DNA of 63,465 nt, filler included, from Dugesia japonica (GCA_001938525.1; 5 parts of 5 records of this genome joined end to end with filler, not necessarily neighbours in it), one strand, 5' to 3'; shown: positions 25,431-38,236, counted from the first letter of the whole stretch. The notes: a model not told the origin generated them from the sequence alone. Numbers and translations: made by a program.

Positions 25431-25786
25431 TGAACTCTTCGCTCAAGAAGTCATCTGCCCCAACTATGAAAATGCGAGACACCCAAGAGGACCAAGAAAT
25501 GACTTGGGACCTCTACCGGTTGGCCAAGAGGCGGTGGGAGGCTGAGATACCGAATTCCATAAGCAAGGTAAAACGCTATAAGACCAAATGTCTAACCTTT
25601 AAAAAGGAAGACGATTCACACAGCCAGGATCGAGTCTGGAAAGGGCAAGTTGAGTCTTTCACCGAGATAATCCGTTCCAGCCAGGACAGAGAGAATAAAC
25701 TGGTCGACGACATACTAACTCTAAAAGAAAAGATACCCCTCGCACCCCGTATGGGGGACAAAGGAATCCAGGCATCATGGCTGTGA
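25431..25786 (+). CDS. Cassette exon gamma, ~118-aa coiled-coil protein, predicted split start A|TG
   Basis: ttttAG|TG AAC TCT TCG; open to TGA 25786; AATAAA 25804; homologue at 5172. Confidence 0.6.
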
Positions 25787-25903
25787 ACTTTGTCCAATTC
25801 TTTAATAAATAATTTTTCGACTTAATTTTTCAGATGATTCTTGCATTTATATTCAATATATTACTTTAAGTAAAAAATAATAGATTAATGTCATCCTATT
25901 TAG

Positions 25904-26264
25904 TGCCACGAATAACCTTCCCCAATAGTCTAAAGCAATGTCACCGGATTATCCGACGATTATTATTAGAGCGTCACCTTAAATGCCGATCTGAGCGAGA
26001 GTTAATGAAACATCTCGCACAACGAAATAGGCTTATAAAAAACTAGATCTCATAGTTAAGAAACAGGGAGATCTAGCCGAACAAACGAGATAGCTCCTTC
26101 AAAATAAAATTGATTTTTTGAAAAGGTAAATTGCAGATTTATCTCGTCAGCTTGGTAATGCGTCCTGGGTACAATAAAACGACAGTGATGACGAAGCTGC
26201 GTTTAATTTTTTAGATGACGATCCCACCCAGCGGTTAGACCCGGGTGCTATGGATCTCATGTAG
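25904..26264 (+). pseudogene. Cassette exon delta (basic helical N-terminus, acidic tail), degenerate
   Basis: tattTAG|TG CCA CGA opens (M)PRITFPNSLKQCHRIIRRLLLERHLKCRSERELMKHLAQRNRLIKN*; tail DSDDEAAFNFLDDD..MDLM*; AATAAA 26332. Confidence 0.5.
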
Positions 26265-27964
26265 TGTGTTATAAAATATAAATTAGTTTTAAAGATTTGT
26301 TAATTGATTTTGAATATAACATAATAGGGAAAATAAAGAACCCAAATTAAAGGTGTACGAGTGTGAACCTCCCGTAAAGGTTGAAGGTCAACCGATCTAC
26401 ACCGAAGATCTAACTTAGGGGCGTTAGATTAAATTCTTGAGGGGGATCCCATGAGAGCCGTTTTCCCCGGCCAGCATTTCCTTTTCATTATCAACTCAGG
26501 TGGAACCCCAACATTATTATTATTATTATTAAAATTATAATTATAATTATAGTAAAATAGGCAAAATAAAACTTTAAATAAAATAAAATTAATAATGTGA
26601 CAAGCCAGAACAAAACATGAAATAATAATTAAGAATCATATGGGGAATAATAGCAAATTTGTAAATGAATTCTAAAATGAAAGAATAATAAAATTAGTAA
26701 AAGAATGCTTCAATTACTCAATTAAATAGTTCGAGGAATGGAAAATAATAGAGATATGAATGCATTAACGGTGGAATTGTAAAGATTTATAAAATTAGAT
26801 AAATAATAGAGTAGAAATACACAGAAACAATGAAGCAGAATCTAAAAGGATTTATAATATTAATTAAAATGAATTTATAATAATAATAATATATTAAAAA
26901 AAATAAATAAAATTACTTCGAAAATTGACGAGCCGACCAAAGTAAAAAATGAAAATGAACAACTATGTATTAATTATTTATTAACTGATTGACTGTTTGA
27001 AAAGAGTAAACAATGGGGTCTCAGTAGTTTTCGACATTCAATAAAGAACGTGAAAGGAAAGGAAACACCCATCAATCATCAAATCACAGAATAAACAAAA
27101 AAATCTCTTTTTAGTATGCATAGAGTAAAAAATAAGAAAATCGTTTAAAAATAAAATTAAATATTTTATATTATGGAAAAGAGTTAATTTAGTAAAAATA
27201 TTAATTATATATAAAATATCATGTATATAATAATATAAATAACTATGAACATAAAGATGTTCATAGATCAATTAAAGAGGTATAATATTAGATTGTAATA
27301 TTGAATAGGGGGTCAAGCAATGAAAATGTAAAAAAAGTGATAACTTTATAAAATAATATAAAAATTAAAAGTATTTGTTAATCAGGCTCAAAACTATTAT
27401 TAAACATGTCAAACTAGATTTTAATATTATTATGATGTACATAATAATGTAAATAGCCATGTTAATAAAATACAGTTATATTAATCTAAATATAACTTTT
27501 ATTAAAAAATTACTAAACGTAAATGGAAAAGGTATCATGACAAAGTTGTGAATAAACACAAGCAGGGATCATTTTAAAATAAAGATGTCAAAAATTAACA
27601 AATCTAAATCGGGGTTAATTATAATAATATTCACAAATCGTTTTAAAATTACGAGAAGTTATTCTTACAGATGATTTTTGGGTTTAGCATTATAGACGAA
27701 ATTGAGCAATTAAACTTAAAGGAAATAACAAAATAATATACCTAGTTAGTTTGAGGAAGATTATAGATTAGTGTTATTAACAATTTGAGTATTATAAAAT
27801 TATTGGGGGTCAAACCCGAGCCCGATAATTGAAATGAGAAATAGAAGTTAATGTGCGACCAATTAAATAGTAGTGTGATCAACTGATTTTATTGGTTCTT
27901 TGAACATTAAAATTTTATCCTTGCTTACATTTTATTTGAGAAATATTTTTATTGATCATTATGT

Positions 27965-28160
27965 AAAATTTCATTAAAATAAAGAAAAAGCTTCGATCAA
28001 AATAAAATGTATTTGTAAAGAAATTCAAATTTTTGACGATAGTCTTCTTCAGAAACATGACGACTTCTTGATAGATTCAACGCAATCGATCTTTGTTACT
28101 CAATTCTTTAGATTTTATCGAAATTTTATTGGTTTATTTTAATTATGAATTTTTATTTTT
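27965..28160. mobile_element. Penelope-type terminal repeat fragment
   Basis: aaagcttcgatcaaaata...gtaaagaaattcaaatt...gtcttcttcag is shared with 44735-44900 and with the rc of 45860-46010. Confidence 0.6.
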
Positions 28161-28959
28161 AAATTAACTCTCAAAAATTTTTTAATTAAATAGAAAAGTT
28201 TTTTATTAAATAGAAAAGTTTTTTAGATATTTAATTTTCAGTTGTGTTTTCATATAATTTTCATATATTAGAGATTTTTTAAAGTCTTTTTTTACATTAT
28301 AAAACTTTTATATATTAATGATTTTTAAAATTTTGATTAGATTATAATTTTTACATATTAGGAATTTTGAAATTTTTTTAACAATTATTATATTATAAAT
28401 AAAATTTTTAAATTTTGTATTTTTCTATGTAAAGTGTTGATTGTGATGTGTAAAAGTTGTAAGCAATTGATAAGCAATTGTAAATTATCATAAAATTTGG
28501 TGAAAGTGCTTGTACACTGTAAACCTTTTGTAGAAGAAATGAGGTTAGTTGTAGAGTTCTTTTATATATTTTGTTTATTGTGTGATTATTCGATTTGTAT
28601 TCCAGGTTTTTAGGCTTCTACATGGACCTTTGCCTGAGAGGGAACAGGTTTAATTTAAAGTAAAATAAAATGTGATTTAAAAAAAGGAGTTTTTAAGAGT
28701 TTAAAAAAAACTCATATTTGTAAATCATCGAAATCATCATTTCCTAAAATAATTTTAATTAATGTAATATTGATAATTATGGCCAATACGTTTTATCAGT
28801 ATTACAATAATTTAGGCTTGGAAAACATTTGTTTTATTATTCAGAATTGAAAAACTTTCAAGTGGATATTTTAAATAATAAATTTTAACGAATTAATTTA
28901 ATTATTTAAATTTAATTATTTTCACGATTTATGGAAAACGAAATTTATAAATCAGTAGC

Positions 28960-29640
28960 GGTTTACAGCTAACGTTGAACTAAATCTATTATCATCGAGA
29001 CTGCTTCATTATCAAAAGCTTTCATGCTTGAGGCTTGTAGATTTATGTCATTAGAAAAAGAAGATATCCGAAACACTTTGATAACTTTCTGACATGTCTG
29101 ATGATATACTTTAGATTAGGAATAAAGTTGGATACCATGTTGTCAGTCTATTCTTTGTCAATATCAAAATAATCACATTCTTCATTCTGATAATCAAACT
29201 CGTTTATTTCTACATCATTCATATTGTTCTTATAAGATACACTCTCTTGACTTTTGTTTATGACATCACAAACATATAAATGAATAGTATATGCTAAACA
29301 AACAATGTAAAGTATTCAACAAGACTCTTTTAACAGGTTTAATGAATTAGTTCGTGTTAATGCTCCCATTATCTCTAATTAAACCAAGAAACTGGGAAGC
29401 AGTCAAATAAAATTTAAATTTATGAATATTCAGTTTCTAAATGATCTCAATTTATCGAAGCTTATCGAAAAGCGGCCAGCTTTCTCTTTGCTATAATAAA
29501 ACTTGTTGGTGATATCACTTTTCACCTTTTGAAAATTTTGCATAAACAGAATCCAAACGTAACACAAAAAAGTCATATTTACATTGATCTCTCTCTTTTT
29601 GTACATTCCTTGCAAAAATTTGACGAATAGTTTATTGTGT
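28960..29640 (-). mobile_element. P-element/THAP9-like transposase C-terminal fragment, highly degenerate
   Basis: FLGLIRDNGSINTN*FIKPVKRVLL resembles FFG.IR..GG.NNNP...F....KRLL, followed by YII..VRKLSKC. Confidence 0.4.
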
Positions 29641-31017
29641 TATAATAGATCTAATAATTGTTTAACTCTATGTTAAATCAATTTATTACTTTCCATGTTA
29701 ATACAAAGTCTGAACATGAGTTGCCAGTGAAAAATAATTCTAAAATGAATCTTGAAAAATTGGTAATATGATGTGAGCATACAGATGTGGGCGGAGTTAG
29801 AGTAGAGAAATAAAATAAATTATATTCTAAAATACGGAAGATGATAAGTTCCTATAACCAAATATTTATGAAACCCGAAAGATGTTATAATCATTGTTGA
29901 CAATAGTAAGTTCATACTGGAAAATCAGATCTTATATTGAACATTAGCCAGCATAGAGATATTTTTACACATAAACTGGCACCTGAAGCTGGAAAGAAAG
30001 ATGATTTCAAGCGAATCCTAAGCTGCCCAATATCTTTCATTAAACATCTATGAGGTGTTAGTATAAATACTCCATGTAACTTAAGGATTTAAAATAAATT
30101 ACCGTGCACATACTTTTGCTTGATTAACATTAAACATAAACGCGGTTGAGAATTAATTATTCAATTTATCGCAGTTACTGTCCCTTGTTTCATGGGCAAA
30201 GCCTCTAACTAGAAAATGAAAGAGTTAAGCAATGACGATTCAATGAATTTGGAATTCCATCGATTCTATAGAAAGGTCCAGGCACGAATTAAGAGTGTTA
30301 TTACAATAAGTTGTTATTACAATCAATCGTCTAAATATTTTAATATGTTTGTAGTATACTTTCCGCTATTTTAATGTAGTCTATGACACAAAATATTCAA
30401 TTATTGTTTAAAATGTGGTTTATTGAGGACTAACTCTTACTATTGTAAGAAAAATTTACATAAAGAAATAATTATCTTCCAGATTTAAGTCAAAACCGTT
30501 TGCAAAAATATTATATCCTAATCTAAGACGTATCATTATTGTTAGATGAGTTTTCAGAACTCATAGGATTATCAACATTAAAATTCAACTCCATAAATTT
30601 ATTAAAATAAAAGCTATTCTTAACACTATTTGTTTATTCAAATAAATTAAAATTCTGTGTTTTCATTGGTGATCATTTTTCAAAATCGAAAACTGTAATT
30701 TATTTAAAATTAATTTAATTTATTTATTAAAAATTTAAGACAAATTTTCTTTCACGTTAAAAGTTTTATTTATTTAAAATTTTACTTTATTATCCAATCA
30801 ACATTTTTGAATTTTTTACATTGAAACTTAATTTATTTAAAATTAATTTAATTTACTTTATTTCAAAACATTTTATTTATTTATTTAAATTTTTCATCAA
30901 TACTTTAAATCTTTCTTTTAAACAAAAGATTTTAAAAATATGATCAAAAATCACACAAAAAAACCTTAAAATTTTGATATAAATTAACTAAATAAATTTT
31001 AATAAAACAAGGAAAAC

Positions 31018-31141
31018 AGTAGGTAGCTAGTAGCGCACTGGACCATTTTCCCCCAAGGTCATTGATCTAGTATACTAGATCAATGACCTTGGGAAAATTG
31101 ACCTTGACGGGGGGGATCCAGTGCGCTACTATCTACCTACT
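31018..31141. mobile_element. 124-bp fold-back mini-element with AGTAGGTAG termini (Polinton-like)
   Basis: TIRs agtaggtagctagtagcgcactgga / tccagtgcgctactatctacctact; perfect 42-bp internal palindrome 31052-31093; 6-bp flanks gaaaac/gaaacc. Confidence 0.7.
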
Positions 31142-31584
31142 GAAACCAAAACAATTTAAATAAAAAAATTATAAAAATTCAGTTGAAATGCAAATTATTT
31201 GGCAAAATTATTTCATTTGTTTGAGAAAACCGATTAAATTTTTTATCTTTCTTTTTAATAAATTTTCAATTGATTGAAATAATCTTTTAACCATAATTAC
31301 GCCCAGAGCAAATATAGTTGCACGAGTTTGGTATTTGGATACTGAGGGAACGCATTAATGGTTGTAGTTAAATTGATGCGCACCATTAATTGGCTAGTTG
31401 ATCGTTGTCAAGATATCATTGAAAAATCAAGAACTGAAAATTGTAATTAAAAGTTGAAAGAAAAAAGATCAATAAAAGATTGAAAGAATTTTTAAAAGTT
31501 TAAATATATATTACGGATATGCATAAGTTCACATCGTTTTAAGACGAATAATTTTCATTAATATTATTACAAATAACACAGTAC

Positions 31585-31810
31585 ATTCAATCAAAATATT
31601 TTCCATCGTTATTCACAACTTTTCCCCATCTTTCAGGTAACAGATGAATACCCTTATGACTTAAGTCTTTTCTCTTGGATTGAATGAAGATGTCGATGAA
31701 TTTTCGCGCCTCTTCAATATTCCCGAATCGTGCATCCGAAAGACTGTGCTGCATGGAACGAAATAAGTGAAAATCTGACGGGGCTATTTCTGGAGAATAA
31801 TCCGGGCAGA
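31585..31810 (-). mobile_element. Mariner transposase C-terminal fragment
   Basis: YSPEIAPSDFHLFRSMQHSL...GIHLLPERWGKVVNNDGKYFD*. Confidence 0.85.
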
Positions 31811-32699
31811 TGAGAAAATTTGAATTTTATTGATTAAAGAATTTTTTATAAGAGAATTTATCTGTGGTGATTAGAGCATTGATGGACCTCGTTCTAGAAG
31901 CGCTACATCCTGGCAACTCTTTTGATATCGGTGACCTCAGAGAGTAGCTGACAGACTTTGAGATATACCTAGGAATCTCGTGAACGAATCGATATTCTTG
32001 GATTTTCCCTAATCATGTGCTCTTTGGATAAGCTTTAGATTTTTTTGTTTTCTCTCTAATCGTAATCTTGTGCTGCACTTTGTATTGATAATATACCAAC
32101 AGTGCTCCACAGGGGACCACAAGAGTTCTGAATGGAGTTTCCCAAACTCTTTGGGTTCCCAAGATTGTTAATATATCGATAAGTTTCCATGGCGCCTCAA
32201 ATCAAAATATTTATCAATCATTAAGCAATAATTTAATTGTATCGTTTCCAGTTATTATATTATAATTTGTCTATACTTTGGCGTATACAACTTGCAATCA
32301 TAACTCAATGGAATTTGAATCGTTTTATTTTGGATGTTCTACTGTATAGGCGGTGTTTGCTATTAGAAATTGTTGTTACACCCCTGTGAAACAACTGAAA
32401 CCCACACACTTTAGGTTACTTGTATAATACATCTCAGTAATTCAATAAGATGTATTCAATAAACCTAAAAACAGAAATAATCCGACAGAACAAGCTGATA
32501 TTATGAATTATATTTCCCCTTTGTGTCGGAATAGTTTTGTAAATTCTCAATGTTTTATTTAACCCAACAATTCATTTTTCAACTCAACTAGAAACGTATC
32601 GAGTCTAACCATTCAATTTGTTTAATACTGATTTCCAACTTGGACAATTGAAAATGAGCTAATAATAAAATATTTACCAATCAACAACAGATTGATCTC

Positions 32700-32890
32700 A
32701 TCAATAAATTTTACTTCTTTAAAGCAAAAATGTTCACACAAACGTATTGGAAATCTTGCTTGTCGATATTTGGAATATTTTATTTTGTTGAAAATGTCGA
32801 TTCGTAGTGAAATATCACTTCCGCAATTGATCTTGTCGCCACAATAATTGATCTAGAATAACATTGCATTGGTTCCCAGAAATATTTAAT
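32700..32890 (-). mobile_element. Possible hAT transposase dimerisation-domain remnant
   Basis: YESTFST..KYSKYR resembles Y.CES.FS....IK.KYR.RL. Confidence 0.35.
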
Positions 32891-33689
32891 AAAACCTTTT
32901 CTATTTCCAAATCAATTTCAACTTTAAAATTTGGCATCAGATTAAATGATAATTATGATGGTCATTTCCAAAAATATTTGGAAATTAATTCAATTTTAAA
33001 TTCACTCAACAATATATTTTAAACAAACTCGCGTAATAATTATAACTAATATTAATTTAATTAATTTAGCTTTTAAATTAATTTCAACTGTTATCTATGA
33101 AATATTATAATATTTATAGGCAAAATAAAAAGCACTTGATTTACAATAAATTGACATAAAATTGTGGTACAATTTACATAGTGGTCACTACTACCGAACA
33201 TTCAACGGTACAAAATACCATCTTTAGAGAAAATCTAAAATAATTTATCAGCCAATTTTGACGGATNNNNNNNNNNNNNNNNNNNNNNNNNNNNNNNNNN
33301 NNNNNNNNNNTTAATTAATTAANNNNNNNNNNNNNNNNNNNNNNNNNNNNNNNNNNNNNNNNNNNNTGAACTTTTTTTACAAATAAATTTTGTTTTGTTT
33401 TGATCGAAGCCTTATCTTATTTTAATGAAATTATAATTTCAAATTAAAATATTAATTATTTCTAAAAGTCCTTAAAATATTTTGCACACACATCTGTATC
33501 TAAAATATTTTCATTTCAATAAAGTAAAATTTAGTTCTAGAAAAGGCTGTGAGATCATATATTACATATATATTTATTTATTTTTCAACCTTATAATTTA
33601 AAAATTTATATTTTAAAAGTTTCAAAAAACCAATCTTAANATTAAATATAAAAATTAAAAAATCTCAGACATCCGAAATTCATGAATCG

Positions 33690-34355
33690 ATACTTACAAG
33701 ATGAAAGAAGATAATTTTTCAAAAAGAGTAATTGTTGCCTTAACAAATGTACAAACACTTGAAATCGAAATGGTCCCAAGTGTTCCAAAATACTATCATA
33801 TTGCTAATTCAATTATCTCTGACAAAGTTAATGATACTTTATATTATCCTATAGAACTTTTAAATACTCTGGTCCTATCTGGAATGCCTCCTTATTTGTT
33901 AACATTAAAAATTGAGTTATTATCATGTTGTTTTGAAATTTATATCCGAAAATTGATTGTATAATGGCACTTGACTGATAATTAAAGAATTAGCTCATAC
34001 TTTTATAAAATCGAAAATCATATTTGAATGTTGTAGAGAAAATTTTGTTTTTATACTAAGAAAGAATTTAGATCTGTCTGATACAACATTACCGTTTATT
34101 TTGAAACAAAACAGTTCTAAATTATTCCAGTGTTTGTAATCAAAATTAATAAATCTCAAGGTCAGACTATTGATTATGTTGAAAATGATATACAAACTTC
34201 TCATTGACATATTTACGTAGTCTCATTTCAGTCAATACATTCGTCAAATGTAAAAGTATAAATTTTACCTACAATTCAACATGNACAACTATTAAATGAC
34301 AATCGGCAAATTATAAAAAATATTACATACAATAAAGTTTTAAAACCAATTTAGT
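33690..34355 (+). mobile_element. Helitron PIF1-helicase C-terminal fragment, frameshifted
   Basis: YPIELLNTLVLSGMPPYLLTLK, YNGT, SDTTLPFILK, INKSQGQTID, and an SH..YV motif. Confidence 0.8.
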
Positions 34356-34599
34356 TTAATTTAAAAGTTTGAAATGAAATAAAAAATAAAATAAAAATTT
34401 AATTTAAAAAGTATTTTAACTTTGTCTTCGTCAGTAATTGACTTTTCAAACAAAATTTTGATCAAAGCTTTTATTTTAAATGAATTCTAATATATATCTT
34501 TCATCATTTTTCAAATAATATATGAATTTCCATATTGTTGCATGCTTTGCAACAAATAGTTTTTGGAATCGAGAATGCAATCCTTCGATTATTTATCCT

Positions 34600-35620
34600 C
34601 TTATATCCAGAAATTACAGAATTATAACTATTCCAAGTATTGAACAAAATCGTCTAATATAGAGATGAACTGCTAAAAAGGTCTTTGAATCAAGGAATTT
34701 AACAATTGTAACAAGGAATCTTTTTTTCTATGCTTTATATACTCATATATAGACAAGAAGACCTTTTTCTTGGACTTTTCTTCGCAGCGATTGATTTAAA
34801 TGAAACAGACATCCTTTATATCGACTATTTGGAAGAACGTCTGATATTGCGCTAATGGCTCCAATTTCGAAGTCCATCATAATAGTTTCTGAATTAAAAA
34901 ATAATCCGCTTCTAAGTGCAGTTCTAATGATATGCTGATAAATTATTTTATTGTATGTTTCAATTTACGAAGACAGAACATATATAAAAGAAATTCTATG
35001 CCCTCGAACTTCTCTGTGTTTTGTATATAATTGAACTAAAATATTTGGAACTGTATTAGATGTCCCATCGGCATATAAATGAGGACTTCCACTTATATAT
35101 TTAAGGCCTTCATAAGAAGAAAATATTAAAACTCTTTGAATATTTTCAATTTCAGAATTGTATCTAAGAAATGGTTTACCAATATATGTAGTATTAAATA
35201 GTGAGTTTATTCTGCAACAACAACTAATATTAGGAATAATTAAGGAATTCTGATTCATATCAACTATTTTAATCATTGATGTTTTTTGGCTATACCGGCC
35301 AAAACATCCAAATCGTTTATAGAACGTAGCATTTCTTTTATTAAAGTAGAAAGCTGAACAGTAGGATTTTCGAAGGCTTTTTCCCTTGTGTTACCTTTTT
35401 GACTATGATTTTACAAAAATTTGGAAAATGAGAGTGTGACTTACTCCCATATATTATAATATCATTGCTGCCTACACCAAATGTTTTGTTAGCCTATCAT
35501 TGCATATTCCAAATTTGGTGCAAACCCATTACATTCTAGTTGATATTTTACGGTTAAAGTAATATTCAAACTCAACATTTGTAAGCACCAACTTATTCTT
35601 AGTTGTCTTTTTAACTGTAT
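34600..35620 (-). mobile_element. MULE (Mutator-like) transposase remnant
   Basis: RVLIFSSYEGLKYI...LYADGTSNTVPNILVQLYT.H matches the MULE DGTF...P..F.QLYTIH motif. Confidence 0.7.
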
Positions 35621-37183
35621 ACATTTAAAAGTTTACATTTAAGTTTATATAAGAATTTTGGTTTAATATGAATTATATGATAAATGAAGCCTAAAAATCT
35701 GTTTCAACTAAAACAACTACTAGTTTCAAAAGATAAAATTGGAATATTGATTAACATGCTAATGCAATTTTCATCAAGAAATACTGTAAAATACTTTATT
35801 TAAGTTTAAATAATTAACTTATATATTTTGTGATTATATTATCTGATATAATAATTTGAATTTTTTCTTAATAATGCTTGATGTGTTCTTCTGATTTTTT
35901 ATTTATTTGATCTAATACATTATTATATATTGCTTCTGTAATATTTCTAAATTTTATGTGAAAAGTCTGTGTATCTTTTTAATTTTAGCCTCTACATTCA
36001 TTAGTTGACTGTATCGTTTTACATTGATTAGTTCATAACTTAAGATTATTTTGTGTTTTGTCAGCTGTGTGGGTCTTTCATCCGATTTATTTTCATCAAA
36101 ACAATTACTTTAAATAATCATTGATCATCTCTAATCTTTAGAATACTTAAAAGCTCCTTTCAATTGCTTTCCCTTTTTAATTTGTCTTTCAATTTTTGCT
36201 TTAATATTACAAATGCAATTTTCAACTTTTTCATCCAAATTTTCGTACAAACGGGTATTTAAAAATCTTTTGCATATCTATTCTTCTAATCCGGTGTCAC
36301 TTTTTTGCAAACTTCATCAATTTTCAATCCAGTTCTAACTTTTTAAACAATATCAAGTGTATTATTGTTTTCACAATTAATCTTCTATTGCTCATTTCTT
36401 AATGTATTTCTAGTAATTTAATAAACCAAATCAAACTCATAACATTTTTTTACTAAATCCTANGAATTCTTAAAATAAAATTGAATTTCTCAATTTCCAC
36501 GCCTATTGTTAATTAAATTTTGAAAATCTTTGATAACATCTTTCTCTTTCTTAAATTTCAAACGTAAACGAGCTTAAAATTCTTCTACTTTTCAAGGTAT
36601 TTGCATAATCGTTATCTAACAAACAAGAAACAAATCTCTCTTGTTGTTTCTTCTGGGCATTATTTTTAGCAACAAAATACAATTCACAACGTTTTATGAA
36701 TTTTTAAATGTCATTTCCTATATATTTGGCAATAACCTATCTGTATGTGAATCAGATTAATTAGGCAATATAATTATTAAGATCAAACAAAATTAAATAT
36801 CAACTATGAAAATATGACAAATTTAGAAATTAAAAAATCTATGTATTAAAGGTAATATAAAATAATGTATTTTAACGTGTTAGGTAAATCTTTTAAATTG
36901 ATTCCAGACATTTTATTTAACAATTATTGAATATTTCTAATTCAAATAAATTTAGGCTATATGGAAAAAATTTTATAAAATCAATTGTTCTATTCCATTT
37001 TTGTTGGATGATATTATTAATAATAATTTCTTTACAATTCTTACTTTTATTTTTATTTTCATTTTTATTTTTATTCTTATTTTTATTCTTATTCTTATTC
37101 TTAGATTTATTATTATTATATTTATTTCCTTATTATATCAATGATAATAGTTTAGTTTTTAGACATTTAAATGGAATCTTGAA

Positions 37184-38236
37184 ATGGACAGTGAAAATTG
37201 CAGTAATGGTTTTGCTACGTCTGATGACAATTCTACTGATTTAGCTGTACTAATTTATAATGTCCATAATCATGTTTTGCTCGTCCTCCCTATCATTAAT
37301 ATAATTCTTAACGGATTTTGCTTGTTTATATTTTTTGACAAAATTTGGAAAAAATCTATTTTAAGCGTTTTATTGAAATATTTGTCAGCAACTGAAATAG
37401 CATTTAACTTTTCAGGATTTCTGTATACAATTACAAAATTTATTGATTATCCATCAGTTGGTTACTTTTCAAAATTATTCTGGGTTTTCATATTACAATT
37501 TGGAACCTTTACAGTTGCAACTTCTCTGATTTGTCGAAACTGGACAATACTTCATCTAGCCGCCTACAGGTTCGAGAGTATTTGCAGACCATTGAGCTCT
37601 ACTAAAATTTATTCAAATAAATCTGCTTATAAATTACTCTGGTTGACATATTTCCTTGCGGCGATAATTGCTTTACCCCGTACCTTTGAATATGAAGCAA
37701 CATTTTGCAAAGGAAATCTTCAACTTAAACCGGGATTAGTTAAATATCATTGGTATACATATGGATATCAAGGTTCGTTAATTTTCATTACTCAAACTGG
37801 ATGTCCAGTGATTATCACTAGTATTTTAAGTATTGCCGTAATGAGAGCGATATTAAAAATGAAGAAATTTAGAAGAAGTCGTTCAAAAAAAATCCAAAAT
37901 AAAAACAGTTCTGTTTCTGGAGATATTCTTATGATTTTCATTTGTTTTGCATTTTTCGTTTTGGAAATTCCATCGTTTTTCAGCAAAGTTCTTCAGGCAT
38001 ATTTAATAAAAAATCAAAAGCTTATAGAAGATATCTTACTTGCAACTACTGCAAATTTATTGGTGTATCTTGATTCTGTAATCAATATTTTCGTTTACAT
38101 ATTATCTAATCCAACATTTCGTGAGAAATCAAAGAATCTTTTACGAATTAAATGTCAATCGAAAAGTGAAATGGCCACTGAAACGATAGCATTAAAAATG
38201 AAAGACAGTGTAAGTGATAATGAAATTGATAAATAA
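37184..38236 (+). CDS. Intronless rhodopsin-like 7TM GPCR, flatworm PROF1-like orphan family
   Basis: Intact 350-aa ORF with seven hydrophobic segments. TM3 RNWTILHLAAYRFESICRPL (RNW..R motif), TM4 ALPRTFE, TM6 FFVLEIP, TM7 DSVINIFVY..NPTFR. Confidence 0.9.
   Translation: MDSENCSNGFATSDDNSTDLAVLIYNVHNHVLLVLPIINIILNGFCLFIFFDKIWKKSILSVLLKYLSATEIAFNFSGFLYTITKFIDYPSVGYFSKLFWVFILQFGTFTVATSLICRNWTILHLAAYRFESICRPLSSTKIYSNKSAYKLLWLTYFLAAIIALPRTFEYEATFCKGNLQLKPGLVKYHWYTYGYQGSLIFITQTGCPVIITSILSIAVMRAILKMKKFRRSRSKKIQNKNSSVSGDILMIFICFAFFVLEIPSFFSKVLQAYLIKNQKLIEDILLATTANLLVYLDSVINIFVYILSNPTFREKSKNLLRIKCQSKSEMATETIALKMKDSVSDNEIDK

Larger units (their letters stand above)
22620..26513 (+). mobile_element. 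Long LTR (copy C, 5'-truncated, >=3.9 kb) carrying promoter, leader exons and five cassette exons
   Basis: Ends ctcaggtggaaCCCCAACA at 26513, matching copy B. No primer-binding site follows. The promoter is homologous to copy A. Confidence 0.75.

Noticed and set aside
25425-25440. Spliced-leader trans-splicing (flatworm SL ends in AUG) as source of start codons
   Set aside because: A full AUG joined to TG.. would be out of frame with the conserved ORFs (AUG UGA for exon gamma). A cis leader contributing one A fits.
27200-27900. Possible Penelope RT/GIY-YIG remnant
   Set aside because: Too degenerate to identify diagnostic motifs by eye.
36927-37244. Hydrophobic 105-aa ORF upstream of the GPCR
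   Set aside because: Derived from (ttattc/ttattt)n low-complexity sequence.
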